Of a stretch of DNA of 32,164 nucleotides, positions 17,275-26,972 are shown piece after piece. The notes below the pieces were generated by a model. The model was not told where the DNA came from. It saw nothing but the letters and a program-made list of their open reading frames with translations, and searched no databases. How positions within the stretch are numbered: the stretch's first letter is position 1; every line of letters starts with the position of its first letter. This DNA comes from Acidimicrobiales bacterium (GTDB lineage: Bacteria; Actinomycetota; Acidimicrobiia; Acidimicrobiales; SHLQ01). The DNA is taken from NCBI GenBank assembly GCA_013002375.1, contig JABDJW010000252.1, forward strand, positions 1-32,164, in the 5' to 3' direction. The translations under genes were made by a program, and so were the position numbers.

Positions 17275-18459
17275 ATGGTCACGACCCGCGCCCTGCTCGG
17301 CCTCGGTTCGAACCTGGGTGACCGTTGGAAGCTGTTACGCGACGCGGTTGGATCGATTCCCGATGTCGTCGCGGTGTCATCGGTGTACGAGAGCGACCCG
17401 GTCGGTGGGCCCGAGCAGGGGCAGTTCCTGAATCTGGTCGTACGGCTCGAGACCGAGCGGTCGGCCCGGGAGCTACTCGAGGTGTGTCAGCGTTGCGAAG
17501 AAGCCGCGGAGCGGGTGCGGGTCGAGCGCTGGGGGCCGCGCACGCTCGACGTCGACGTGCTGTGGGTCGATGGCGAGACGGTGGACGAGCCGGATCTGAT
17601 CGTGCCGCATCCCAGGACCTTCGAACGGGCCTTCGTGGTATTGCCGCTTCGCGACGTCGCACCCGATGTCGCGCCCGACGACTGGGAACACCCCAGCGAC
17701 CAACAACTCCGGCGGGTCGGAACGCTCTTCGCCGGCCCCGACGAGGGCCGGTCGGTCGCCATCGTCGGCCCCGGCCGCGCCGGTCAGGCCATGGGCCAGG
17801 CCATCGAGCAGATCGGGTGGGCGTCGGTGCGTTACTTCGGCCGCAATGACGATCTCGACGGCATCCGATCCGACGAGCTCGTGATCATCGCCACGCCCGA
17901 TGCCGCGGTGGCCGACGTGGCCACCGCGATCCCGGAGGTCGAGGATCGTCCGGTTCTGCACGTGGCCGGTTCCCTCGGGGTCGACGTGCTCGCCGGTCAT
18001 CGCCGCGCCGCCGCTCTCCACCCGGTGCTGGCGATGCCCACGCCCGCCATCGGTGCGCACCGGCTGCTCGATGACGCCTGGTTCGCGATCTGCGGCGATC
18101 GAGCGGCCGACGAACTCGCGGTCGCCATGGGGGGACGATCGTTCTGGGTCGAGGACCACGATCGCGCCGCGTACCACGCCGCCGCAGTGGTGGCGTCGAA
18201 CCACGTCACTGCGCTGCTCGGCCAGGTGTGGCGCATCACCGGGTCGATCGTCGTGCCGCGCGAGCCCTTCTTCCGCCTGGCCCGGAGTGCAATCGACAAC
18301 GTCGCGACGCTGGGGCCACAGAAGGCCCTGACCGGCCCGGTGGCACGGGGCGATCACGAGACCATCGAACGCCACCGGGCCGCGCTCGACCCGAGTGAGG
18401 TCGAGCTGTACGACGCGCTCGTGGCCGCCGCGCTTCGGGTCAAGGACAACCGGCCATGA
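17275..18459 (+). CDS. folK: Fusion of FolK (HPPK) and Rossmann-like/DUF2520 (PanG-type ketopantoate reductase)
   Basis: N-half GLGSNLGDR, FLN, RWGPRTLDVD and LIVPHPR; C-half IVGPGRAG, IATPD, HVAGS, LHP, YHAAAVVASNH and ALTGPVARGD; single uninterrupted frame. Confidence 0.88.
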   Translation: MVTTRALLGLGSNLGDRWKLLRDAVGSIPDVVAVSSVYESDPVGGPEQGQFLNLVVRLETERSARELLEVCQRCEEAAERVRVERWGPRTLDVDVLWVDGETVDEPDLIVPHPRTFERAFVVLPLRDVAPDVAPDDWEHPSDQQLRRVGTLFAGPDEGRSVAIVGPGRAGQAMGQAIEQIGWASVRYFGRNDDLDGIRSDELVIIATPDAAVADVATAIPEVEDRPVLHVAGSLGVDVLAGHRRAAALHPVLAMPTPAIGAHRLLDDAWFAICGDRAADELAVAMGGRSFWVEDHDRAAYHAAAVVASNHVTALLGQVWRITGSIVVPREPFFRLARSAIDNVATLGPQKALTGPVARGDHETIERHRAALDPSEVELYDALVAAALRVKDNRP

Positions 18460-19319
18460 CCGCCGAGACCACCATCGTCACCAGTATCGCCGAGCTTCGC
18501 GCCACCCTCGATGCCGAGCGGGCCGCCGGTCGTTCGGTGGGCTTCGTGCCGACGATGGGGTACCTCCACGACGGCCACGGATCCCTCATCGAGGCCGCCG
18601 CGGCGGCCAACGACGTCACCTTCGTCTCGATCTTCGTCAATCCGTTGCAGTTTGCGCCCGGCGAAGACCTCGAGGCGTATCCCCGTGATCTCGAGGCCGA
18701 CGCGGCGTTGTCCGTCGCGGCGGGCGCCGCGCTGATTTTCGCCCCGTCGGTGGAGGAGATGTACCCGGAACCGATTCTGACCAGCGTGCATGTGAACACG
18801 GTGTCCGATCCGCTCGAGGGACGGCACCGGCCCACGCACTTCGACGGCGTGTCGACGGTGGTGAGCAAACTCTTCGCCATCGCCGGACCGTGCCGCGCCT
18901 ATTTCGGCGAGAAGGACTGGCAACAACTGGCGATCGTGCGGCGCATGGCCTCGGATCTCTCGTTCCCGGTGGAGGTCGTGGGTTGTCCGATCGTCCGCGA
19001 GCCCGACGGTCTGGCGATGTCGAGCCGGAACGTCTACCTGACCTCGGAGGAGCGCACCCAGGCCCTCGTGTTGAACCAGGCGCTGCGGCACGGCATCGAG
19101 CTGATCGAAGCCGGCGAGCGTGATCCCGACATCGTCGAGCGGGTGGTCAGCGCCATGATCGAGACGCAGCCGGCGGCCGAGATCGACTATGTCGGTGTGG
19201 TCGATGCAATGACGTTGCTCGAGCCGGCCCCGCTGGCCGGCGAAGTCCGGCTGTTGACGGCAACCCGGTTCGGCAAGGCCCGCTTGCTCGACAACATGGG
19301 CGTGGTGGTACCGGACTGA
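18456..19319 (+). CDS. panC: Pantoate-beta-alanine ligase
   Basis: FVPTMGYLHDGH, SIFVNPLQF, RPTHFDGV, FGEKDWQQ, GLAMSSRN and RLLDN; ATGA overlap with the upstream fusion. Confidence 0.97.
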   Translation: MTAETTIVTSIAELRATLDAERAAGRSVGFVPTMGYLHDGHGSLIEAAAAANDVTFVSIFVNPLQFAPGEDLEAYPRDLEADAALSVAAGAALIFAPSVEEMYPEPILTSVHVNTVSDPLEGRHRPTHFDGVSTVVSKLFAIAGPCRAYFGEKDWQQLAIVRRMASDLSFPVEVVGCPIVREPDGLAMSSRNVYLTSEERTQALVLNQALRHGIELIEAGERDPDIVERVVSAMIETQPAAEIDYVGVVDAMTLLEPAPLAGEVRLLTATRFGKARLLDNMGVVVPD

Positions 19320-19374
19320 CCGCTTGGGGGCGTTCCCAGGCGGCAAGCTCCTCGGCTCGCCGTACGATCGTGGC

Positions 19375-20196
19375 ATGAACATGCCAGCAGCCAATTGGTA
19401 TCCCGACCCCTCCGGGAAGCACGAGCACCGGTACTGGGACGGTGCCGGGTGGACCGAGCACGTCAGCGACCACGGTCGGCAGTCGATCGATCCGATCGGC
19501 TCGGCCAAACCGGTGCCGACCACCAACGACGATTCCGATCGGATTCGGCGCCAGGTGCAAGAGCGAGCTCGGGTGGACGTTGCGGAGGCCGGCGGGGGCA
19601 CGCTGTTCACCGAGCCGGTTCTGGTGGTCAATCAAAAGGCCAAGCTGATCGAAATTCACAACGAGTACGCGGTGTTCGATCAGCACGGCAGCCAGGTCGC
19701 CGCCGTTCGGCAGGTGGGGCAGAGCGCGGCCAAGAAGGTGCTGCGGGTGCTCACCAGCCTCGATCAGTTCATGACGCACAGCCTGCAGATCGTCGACATG
19801 GGCGGGAACGTGCTGCTGACGGTCACCCGGCCGGCCAAGTTCTTCAAGTCGACGGTCGAGGTCGGCGGGCCGCACGGTGAGACGATCGGTCGAGTGGTGC
19901 AACAGAACATGTTCGGCAAGATCCGATTCGCCTTTGAGGTCGACGGCGAAACGATCGGCTCGATGCATGCGGAGAACTGGCGGGCTTGGAACTTCAGCCT
20001 GCAGGACCGCTCGGGCACCGAGGTTGCTCGCATCACCAAGACGTGGGAGGGGTTGGCCAAGACGTTGTTCACGACCGCCGACAACTACGTGCTGCAGATC
20101 GACCAGCCCGTCGCAGGCCCGCTCCGAACGTTGGTGGTGGCGTCAGCCTTGGTGGTCGATACCGCGTTGAAGCAGGACCAGCGGGGATTCGGCTAG
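19375..20196 (+). CDS. DUF2510 + phospholipid scramblase / LURP-one-like protein
   Basis: N-terminal ANWYPDPSGKHEHRYWDGAGWT (DUF2510); LFTEPVLVVNQKAKLIE...TTADNYV tubby/scramblase-like domain; TACGAT -10 6 nt upstream. Confidence 0.85.
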   Translation: MNMPAANWYPDPSGKHEHRYWDGAGWTEHVSDHGRQSIDPIGSAKPVPTTNDDSDRIRRQVQERARVDVAEAGGGTLFTEPVLVVNQKAKLIEIHNEYAVFDQHGSQVAAVRQVGQSAAKKVLRVLTSLDQFMTHSLQIVDMGGNVLLTVTRPAKFFKSTVEVGGPHGETIGRVVQQNMFGKIRFAFEVDGETIGSMHAENWRAWNFSLQDRSGTEVARITKTWEGLAKTLFTTADNYVLQIDQPVAGPLRTLVVASALVVDTALKQDQRGFG

Positions 20197-20223
20197 GCGT
20201 TGTTCCCTGGGTTGGGACTGGCG

Positions 20224-20862
20224 CTAGGGCTTGATGAGGGCGGCCCGCATCACGACCGGATCCTCGCCCTGGAATTCGGCCAGGCCGTTGCCCTCGTGGA
20301 AGAAACGGAGCAGATAGCCGCGATCGATCTCTTGGTGGATGAACGCCTGGGCGTCGATGTGCCGGCGGAAGTGGTCGGTGACGAACGCATGTCGGCCGAC
20401 CTCCTGGCCCTTGCCGTACAAGGGATCGAGGATGGTGCGAGCCTCGATCAGGAACTGACCCCCCGAGGGCAGCATGTTCCAGACCGATTGGACCAGCCGC
20501 TCTTCGGCTTCGTCGTCGATCGAGTGCAACGTGAATCGTGAGTAGACGGTGTCGATCCCAGGGAAGTCGGCCGGGTCCAGCCGGGTGAAGTCGCCAACCT
20601 CGAATCGGACGCGCTCGGGGTTGCGGGCCCCCTCGACGCGCTCGCGGCACAACTCGATGGCCTGGCTCGACTGATCGACACCGACGAGTTGGTGCCCGTG
20701 CTCGAAGAAGAACGCGGCATCGCGGCCATTGCCCGGCCCGAGCTCGAGGATGGACGAGGCATCGTGCAGGAGGTGCTCGCGGGCGAACACCGCGAATGGG
20801 CTCGGATACGAGACGGCGGCTCGATGCTCGTAGAACTCGTTCCAGAAACCGGTGTCAGCCAT
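20224..20862 (-). CDS. Class I SAM-dependent methyltransferase
   Basis: ILELGPGNGRD, VGVDQS, GDF and VYSRFTLHSI; alternative start at 20874. Confidence 0.88.
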   Translation of the reverse strand: MADTGFWNEFYEHRAAVSYPSPFAVFAREHLLHDASSILELGPGNGRDAAFFFEHGHQLVGVDQSSQAIELCRERVEGARNPERVRFEVGDFTRLDPADFPGIDTVYSRFTLHSIDDEAEERLVQSVWNMLPSGGQFLIEARTILDPLYGKGQEVGRHAFVTDHFRRHIDAQAFIHQEIDRGYLLRFFHEGNGLAEFQGEDPVVMRAALIKP

Positions 20863-20931
20863 GGCGGGTCGCATTCTGTCGATGTCCGAACCATGCTACC
20901 GGTCACCGACCCCGCGTCCTGTCATCGTCAG

Positions 20932-20984
20932 TACCCTCGGGTCGCGCCGGTCGCAATACCCTCGGGCCGCGCCGGTCGCAATAC
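20932..20984. repeat. 25-bp tandem duplication in the nadC promoter region
   Basis: TACCCTCGGGTCGCGCCGGTCGCAA (20932-20956), TACCCTCGGGCCGCGCCGGTCGCAA (20957-20981), then TAC; one mismatch. Confidence 0.9.
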
Positions 20985-20994
20985 ACTGCCCCTC

Positions 20995-21864
20995 GTGAGT
21001 CGATTGTTGCATCCACCCCGACTCGACGTGCGGGCAGCCGTCGAACGGGCCTTGGCGGAAGACCTCTATCCGTTCGGTGATCTCTCGGCCACGTTGTTGC
21101 CCGAGGGCGCCGCAGCCATCGCCAAGTTCCGGGTGCGGGAGGCCGGCGTGTTGGCCGGCACCGCCTGTGCTGACGAGACGTTTGCCCAGGTCGACCCGGC
21201 GTTGCCCATCACCTGGCTCTCCCAAGAGGGTGATCGAGTCCAGCCCGACCAGGTCATCGCGACCGTCGAAGGCTCGCTCGAATCGATACTGATCGCCGAG
21301 CGCACCGCGCTCAACTTCATGGGCCACCTGTCGGGCATCGCCAGCCGGGTGGCGCAATTCGTCGACGCCGCCGCCGGCGGGTGCCGGGTCTGGGACACCC
21401 GCAAGACCACTCCAGGGCTTCGATCGCTGGAAAAGGCAGCGGTACGAGCGGGCGGTGCATGGAATCATCGCGGCAACCTGTCCGACTGGATCATGTTGAA
21501 GGACAACCACTTGATGGGCGTGTCGATCACCGACGGCGTGGCCATGGCGCGCGATCGCTGGCCGGGCCGCACCGTGCACATCGAGTGCGACCGCGAGGCG
21601 CAGGTTCGTGAGGCCCTGAACGCCAAGGCCGATGCACTCTTGCTCGACAACATGAGCCCGGCCGAAGCCAAAGCCTGTGTCGACCTCGTCGACGAGCACG
21701 AGGCGGCCACCGGCCACCGGCCGCTGGTGGAGGCATCGGGTGGCATCACGCTCGACACCATCGCCGGCTACGCCAAGACCGGTGTCGATCTGGTTTCCAG
21801 CAGCTCGTTCATCATGTCCGCCGCGGTGCTCGACATCGGGCTCGACATCGACCCGGTCACGTAG
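20995..21864 (+). CDS. nadC: Nicotinate-nucleotide pyrophosphorylase (carboxylating)
   Basis: ALAEDL, AERTALN, DTRKTTPGLR, NHR, MLKDNH, LLDNM and EASGGITL; TACACT -10 7 nt before GTG 20995. Confidence 0.96.
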   Translation: MSRLLHPPRLDVRAAVERALAEDLYPFGDLSATLLPEGAAAIAKFRVREAGVLAGTACADETFAQVDPALPITWLSQEGDRVQPDQVIATVEGSLESILIAERTALNFMGHLSGIASRVAQFVDAAAGGCRVWDTRKTTPGLRSLEKAAVRAGGAWNHRGNLSDWIMLKDNHLMGVSITDGVAMARDRWPGRTVHIECDREAQVREALNAKADALLLDNMSPAEAKACVDLVDEHEAATGHRPLVEASGGITLDTIAGYAKTGVDLVSSSSFIMSAAVLDIGLDIDPVT

Positions 21865-22656
21865 ATGCTGTTCGCGATCGATGTCGGCAACACCAATACC
21901 GTGTTCGGGCTGTACGACGCCAACAGCGATGTCGGCGACGGGGCCGAGCGGGGTCTTGTCGATCATTGGCGGATCGCGACCGATTCGAATCGGATGGCCG
22001 ACGAACACGCCGTCCTGGTCCGCAATTTCCTGACATCGGCCGGCTACGACCTCGAAGGCGAGATCGACGGCATCGCCATCTGCTCGGGTGTACCGCGCGT
22101 CACCGTTGCCCTTCGTGACATGATCGCCCGGACATTTCGGGTCGAACCGATCGTCGTCGGTCCCGGGGTCAAGACCGGCATGCCGATCCAATACGAGAAC
22201 CCGCGCGAGGTTGGGGCCGATCGCATTGCCAACAGCGTGGCCGCGTTCGATCTCTTCGGTGGCCCGACCGTGGTGGTCGACTTCGGCACCGGTAACAACT
22301 TCGACGTCATCAGCGCCGATGGCGAGTTCCTCGGTGGTGCGATCGCTCCCGGTATCGAGATCAGCCTCGATGCCCTGTTCGGCCGAGCGGCGGCCTTGGG
22401 CGCGGTCGAAATGACCGAACCCCGTAGTGTCATCGGCAAGAACACGGTCGAGGCGCTGCAGTCCGGCGCCGTCTACGGCTTTGCGGCGCAGGTCGACGGT
22501 ATGCTCGGTCGCTTCCGGGATGAACTGGGCGAAGTCACCGTCGTCGCGACCGGTGGCCTCGCAGACCTCATCGCGCCGGTGAGCAAATCGATCGAATACG
22601 TTGAGCCGTTCCTGACCCTGCATGGCTTGCGCTTGGTGCACGCCAAGAACACGTAG
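21865..22656 (+). CDS. coaX: Type III pantothenate kinase
   Basis: [32 protein letters not shown] and LTLHGL; starts immediately after the nadC stop. Confidence 0.96.
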   Translation: MLFAIDVGNTNTVFGLYDANSDVGDGAERGLVDHWRIATDSNRMADEHAVLVRNFLTSAGYDLEGEIDGIAICSGVPRVTVALRDMIARTFRVEPIVVGPGVKTGMPIQYENPREVGADRIANSVAAFDLFGGPTVVVDFGTGNNFDVISADGEFLGGAIAPGIEISLDALFGRAAALGAVEMTEPRSVIGKNTVEALQSGAVYGFAAQVDGMLGRFRDELGEVTVVATGGLADLIAPVSKSIEYVEPFLTLHGLRLVHAKNT

Positions 22657-22688
22657 CCCTGACCCCTCGGCCTAGCGAGTACCTGACT

Positions 22689-24095
22689 GTGACCGACCTG
22701 CCCTATCGATATGAAGTCACCGCCACGGCGGCCGCGCTCAACGAGAGCCACGCCGAGCTGGGCGATGGCGACGAGACCGGCCTTTTCGTCACCGTCGCCG
22801 GCCGGCTCATGCTTCGGCGCGGCCAGGGAAAGCTGGTGTTCGGCGACCTGCAGGATCGCACCGGCCGCATCCAGCTTTTTGCGTCGGCCAAGGTGTGCCC
22901 CGACTTCCACGAATTCGCCGCGCTGAACCTCGGCGACTGGCTCGGCGTGACCGGCGAGATCATCAAGACCAAGCGGGGCGAACTCTCCATCCGGGTCACC
23001 GCGTGGGATGTCCTGGCCCGGTGGGGTGGCACCTTCCCGGACAAGTGGCATGGCCTGACCGACACCGACGCTCGCTACCGGCAGCGATACATCGATCTGT
23101 GGGTCAACGATGGTTCTCGTCAGGCCTTCGTCGACCGAAGCCGCATGGTATCGGCCACTCGTCGCTGGCTCGAGGAGCGTGATTTCCTCGAGGTCGAGAC
23201 GCCGATCCTGCACCCGATTCCCGGTGGCGCCCTGGCTCGCCCGTTCGAGACGCATCACAATGCGCTCGACACCGAGATGTTCCTACGGATCGCGCCGGAG
23301 TTGTATCTGAAGCGCCTCACCGTCGGCGGCTTCGACAAGGTCTACGAGATCGGGCGGGTGTTCCGGAACGAGGGCATGTCGACTCGGCACAATCCGGAGT
23401 TCACCATGCTTGAGCTCTACTGGGCGTACGCCGACTACCACGACGGCATGGAGCTCACCGAGCAGCTGATCGCCCACCTGGCCGAGCAGATCACCGGCTC
23501 GACGACGATCACCTACGACGGCCGGGAGGTCGATCTCAGCACCCCGTGGGAACGACGAACCATGACCGATCTCATCAGCGAGCATGTCCAGCTCGACCTG
23601 TCGATCGAGATGGACCGAGACGAGTTGGCCAAGATCGCCGAGGACGTCGGCGTCCAGGTCAAGGGCTACTACGGCCCCGGCAAGCTGATTCTGGAGATCT
23701 ACGAGAAGACGGTCGAAGCCCACCTGTGGGGTCCGGTGTTCGTGACCGACTACCCCAAGGAGGTCTCGCCGCTGTCGCGTGTGCACCGGGACAAGCCGGG
23801 CTTCACCGAGCGATTCGAGGCCATCGTGGCCGGCCGTGAGCTCTGCAACGGCTTCAGCGAGCTCATCGATCCGGTTGAACAGCTCGCCCGGTTCGAAGCC
23901 CAGGCCGCCGACCGAGATGCCGGCGATGCTGAAGCGATGCCGATCGACCGCGACTACGTCCGGGCCCTCGAGCATGGCCTCCCGCCGACTTTTGGTCTGG
24001 GCATCGGCATCGACCGACTGGTCATGTTGCTGACCGACACCCAGACCATCCGCGACGTCGTGCTGTTTCCCACCCTCCGCCCCGAGCAGGAGTAG
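22689..24095 (+). CDS. lysS: Lysine--tRNA ligase (class II)
   Basis: OB-fold [47 protein letters not shown] and GLGIGIDRL. Confidence 0.97.
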   Translation: MTDLPYRYEVTATAAALNESHAELGDGDETGLFVTVAGRLMLRRGQGKLVFGDLQDRTGRIQLFASAKVCPDFHEFAALNLGDWLGVTGEIIKTKRGELSIRVTAWDVLARWGGTFPDKWHGLTDTDARYRQRYIDLWVNDGSRQAFVDRSRMVSATRRWLEERDFLEVETPILHPIPGGALARPFETHHNALDTEMFLRIAPELYLKRLTVGGFDKVYEIGRVFRNEGMSTRHNPEFTMLELYWAYADYHDGMELTEQLIAHLAEQITGSTTITYDGREVDLSTPWERRTMTDLISEHVQLDLSIEMDRDELAKIAEDVGVQVKGYYGPGKLILEIYEKTVEAHLWGPVFVTDYPKEVSPLSRVHRDKPGFTERFEAIVAGRELCNGFSELIDPVEQLARFEAQAADRDAGDAEAMPIDRDYVRALEHGLPPTFGLGIGIDRLVMLLTDTQTIRDVVLFPTLRPEQE

Positions 24096-24099
24096 CTCG

Positions 24100-26112
24100 T
24101 CAGCCGGCTTCGGAGGCCTGCCACGCGAACGTGACCGCGATCGGCGGGTGATCGCTGAGCGGCTGACCGGCCTCATCGACGAAGACGTCGGTTTCCGGCG
24201 ACCATGCGACCGGTGTCAGGGTGACGGCGTCACTGCTTCGGAACAGGAATCGATCGATCTCGTCGGCGTCGTCGCACCCCAGCGCGTCGCAGGCGCTGGT
24301 GAGGCCGGTCGCGGCGAACAACGTGTCGTACAAGGGGGCATCGAGTGGGTCCGACGGCCGCAGATTGAAATCGCCACCGACGATGACGGCTCGGCCGGAC
24401 GAGTTCGCGTTGATGTACGCGGCCAGTTCGGCCAGGTCCTGGGCCTTCAACGCTTCGTCGGCGGCATCACCTCCGGCTTCGACATGGAGGTTGTACACAT
24501 CGACTTCGGTTCCCCCGCCGAGGCCGAGCACACTCTTGCTGAAGCCCTTGAAGGCCAGGCAGTCGCTGGCCCCGTCCAGGACACCGTTGCACTCGGTCCA
24601 TGCCACCCGTTCGACCGGGTCGCTCCAGAACCTGGTGAACCGGTTGAGACCATCGGCCAGCTGCGCGGTCGGCCGGCTGGGATCGGTGCCCAGCGGCTGT
24701 TCGGCCGGCACCGACTGGAAGGAGTGGGTCGAGGCTGCGGCCAGAATCTCGTGGTACACCCGCAACGGGTCGAGACCGTTGGGTTCGGGGGTCTGCCAGG
24801 ATTCCTGGAGCAGGACCAGCTCGTAGTCATTCAGAAGCGGGCCGATGATCGGGGTGTTGGCCTCCGGGTCGCTGCCCGACAACGGCGCCGGCAAGCCGGC
24901 GACGTTGTAGGTGAGGGCGGTGAACTCGCCACCCGGCGGCGGCAGGAAGCCGTCGCATTCGCCGGCGGTGAGCAGCGAGACCAGCTGGACCGAGCCGGCC
25001 AGGAGGCTGTTGGCCGCCGCGGTGTCGAACGAACTCGGGCCGTTGTTCACGATCGCTTCGATCTGCGCGCCGACGGTCAGGAAGGTCTGTTGTTGAGCCG
25101 GAGTGAAGCGGTCGAGATCGGCCAGGCCCAGCTGCACGACGGTGTTGATCGCGACCGCGTCCTCGTAGACGGCGAGGGGCGCCGCCGTGAGCGAGGGGGT
25201 GACCGAGCCGTTGGTCAGCTGGAGGGCGAGATCCAGTGCGATGGCGGTCTGTTGCTGGAGCTTGGCGAAATCGACGATGCCGAGCTCGTCATCGGTGGTG
25301 TGGTAGCAGGGCCCGGTGCTGTCGGAGAAGAACACCGACGGAACGCCCGCGTTGATCAGGGTGGCGTAGTCGCTTCGGAACTGGCCGAAGATCGAGCTGA
25401 CCCGCTGGGTCTGCAGTGGCTCGGCACCGATCGCGGCGTCGACGGCCGCCTCGAAGGGCGGCCCACCGGTCTCGGCGGCGATCGCAAAGCTGGTCGTGCG
25501 CAGACTCGGCAGCAGGTTCGAGCCCAGGATGTCGAAGTTGATGTAGGCGACGGTGTCTTCGAGCGGTACGAGCGGGTCGGCGACGTACTGCTCGGAACCC
25601 ACCAACCCGTCCTCCTCGCTGTCCCAGAAGGCGAAGACCACCGATCGGCGCGGCGCGTTGTCCGGCTCGGCCAACGCCCGGGCGATCTCGAGAGCCGCGG
25701 CCACCCCCGCCGCGTTGTCGGTCGCTCCGTTGCAGATGACGTCGGTGGGATCGGCGGTGCTGCAGGATGCGAGGTGGTCGTAGTGCGCGCCGATCATCAC
25801 GTACTCGTCGGCGAGGTCGGTGCCGGGCATGATCGCGATGACGTTCGTGCCCGGCGCCCCGCCGCCGGTGTAGGTCTGGAGATAAGGCGTGGCCGAGCCG
25901 GTGTTGGCACCGACCGTGAAGTCATCGAGCACGCTGATCAGGTACTGCTGGGCGAGTTCCGAGCCGTCCGATCCGTTGTTGCGGCCGGCCAACGCGTCGC
26001 TGGAGAGATAGGCGACGTCGAACCAGGCGCACGACGACGCCAGCAACATCAGGGCCAGCAGGCCGGCGATCCGGCGCGGCGATACCGGCCCGTTGTTGTT
26101 CCTCTTGCTCAT
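24100..26112 (-). CDS. Putative lipoprotein: M28 metallopeptidase fused to an endonuclease/exonuclease/phosphatase (EEP) domain
   Basis: Signal peptide ending LLASSC; M28 motifs GAHYDH, GATDNAAG, DSEEDGLVGS, INFD and YHTTDD; EEP motifs TYNV, LQE, NLH, GGDFN, IDR and SDH. Confidence 0.85.
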   Translation of the reverse strand: MSKRNNNGPVSPRRIAGLLALMLLASSCAWFDVAYLSSDALAGRNNGSDGSELAQQYLISVLDDFTVGANTGSATPYLQTYTGGGAPGTNVIAIMPGTDLADEYVMIGAHYDHLASCSTADPTDVICNGATDNAAGVAAALEIARALAEPDNAPRRSVVFAFWDSEEDGLVGSEQYVADPLVPLEDTVAYINFDILGSNLLPSLRTTSFAIAAETGGPPFEAAVDAAIGAEPLQTQRVSSIFGQFRSDYATLINAGVPSVFFSDSTGPCYHTTDDELGIVDFAKLQQQTAIALDLALQLTNGSVTPSLTAAPLAVYEDAVAINTVVQLGLADLDRFTPAQQQTFLTVGAQIEAIVNNGPSSFDTAAANSLLAGSVQLVSLLTAGECDGFLPPPGGEFTALTYNVAGLPAPLSGSDPEANTPIIGPLLNDYELVLLQESWQTPEPNGLDPLRVYHEILAAASTHSFQSVPAEQPLGTDPSRPTAQLADGLNRFTRFWSDPVERVAWTECNGVLDGASDCLAFKGFSKSVLGLGGGTEVDVYNLHVEAGGDAADEALKAQDLAELAAYINANSSGRAVIVGGDFNLRPSDPLDAPLYDTLFAATGLTSACDALGCDDADEIDRFLFRSSDAVTLTPVAWSPETDVFVDEAGQPLSDHPPIAVTFAWQASEAG

Positions 26113-26843
26113 TGGCTCGAACCTTCGTGGTTGGCGGGTCCTCGGGCTGACTCGACTGTGTCGAGGGCCCGGGCGTACAACAGAACGTCGAGGGCGTTGT
26201 CTTCGGCGATGCGGTCGCGAAGGCCCTCCGGGGTCGGTGCCGGTTTGGAGACGTTGCCCCGACCGATCTCGCCGACCGTCCAGCCGAATCGGGACTCGAG
26301 CAGGGCGCCGAACCCGGCCAGGTCGCGTTGGAAGCCGACTGCGCCCATCGAGGCCAACCGATGGAGCGCGACCTCGACATGGTGCTCGTTCAGGTCGACC
26401 GGCGACAACAGCCCGGCCGGCATTTCGGCCAGCGTGGTGCCGAGCATTCGAGTCATGTGATTCGGGAACAGTGGATTCGACGCGAAATCGTCGGCATAGC
26501 GTTCGTCCAGCGGACGGTCGTCGTCGGCCTCGTCCCGCATCGAGCGCAGGAGCGAGAGCACCCGGTCGACGGGATCACGCAGGACCGTGAAGGTCGAGAT
26601 GTCGGCGTCGAGCTTCTCGACCGTGCAGTAGGGGAAGTGGCCGGCGAGAAGGGTGACTCGCGACCGAAGCTCCGGCCACCGGTCGATCACCGCGGCCATG
26701 TCGATCTCGGCAAACGGGGGCGAATCGAATGCCGGCCCCGGGTACACGACATCGCGTCCGAGCGCTCGCTGGAGCGCCAGCGTGACGACGGTGCCGCCGG
26801 TCTTCATGAGGTGCACGAAGAAGTACCGCTGCCGGTCGTCCAT
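26109..26843 (-). CDS. Sulfotransferase family protein (Sulfotransfer_2-like)
   Basis: PAPS 5'-PSB motif FVHLMKTGGT; GHF; 3'-PB motif LRDPVDRVLS; C-terminal NALDVLLY. Confidence 0.85.
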   Translation of the reverse strand: MDDRQRYFFVHLMKTGGTVVTLALQRALGRDVVYPGPAFDSPPFAEIDMAAVIDRWPELRSRVTLLAGHFPYCTVEKLDADISTFTVLRDPVDRVLSLLRSMRDEADDDRPLDERYADDFASNPLFPNHMTRMLGTTLAEMPAGLLSPVDLNEHHVEVALHRLASMGAVGFQRDLAGFGALLESRFGWTVGEIGRGNVSKPAPTPEGLRDRIAEDNALDVLLYARALDTVESARGPANHEGSSQ

Positions 26844-26972
26844 ACCGCTCCCTGCACCCCTCGAAACTGCGGCCCGGAGGGCTACGATATGGGTGGAAAT
26901 ATGCCCGTGTCTATTCTGGTTGTCGCTACTCGATGCCGTATTCGAGGGTGGCGCGGAGCGCGTCGGCTGCAG

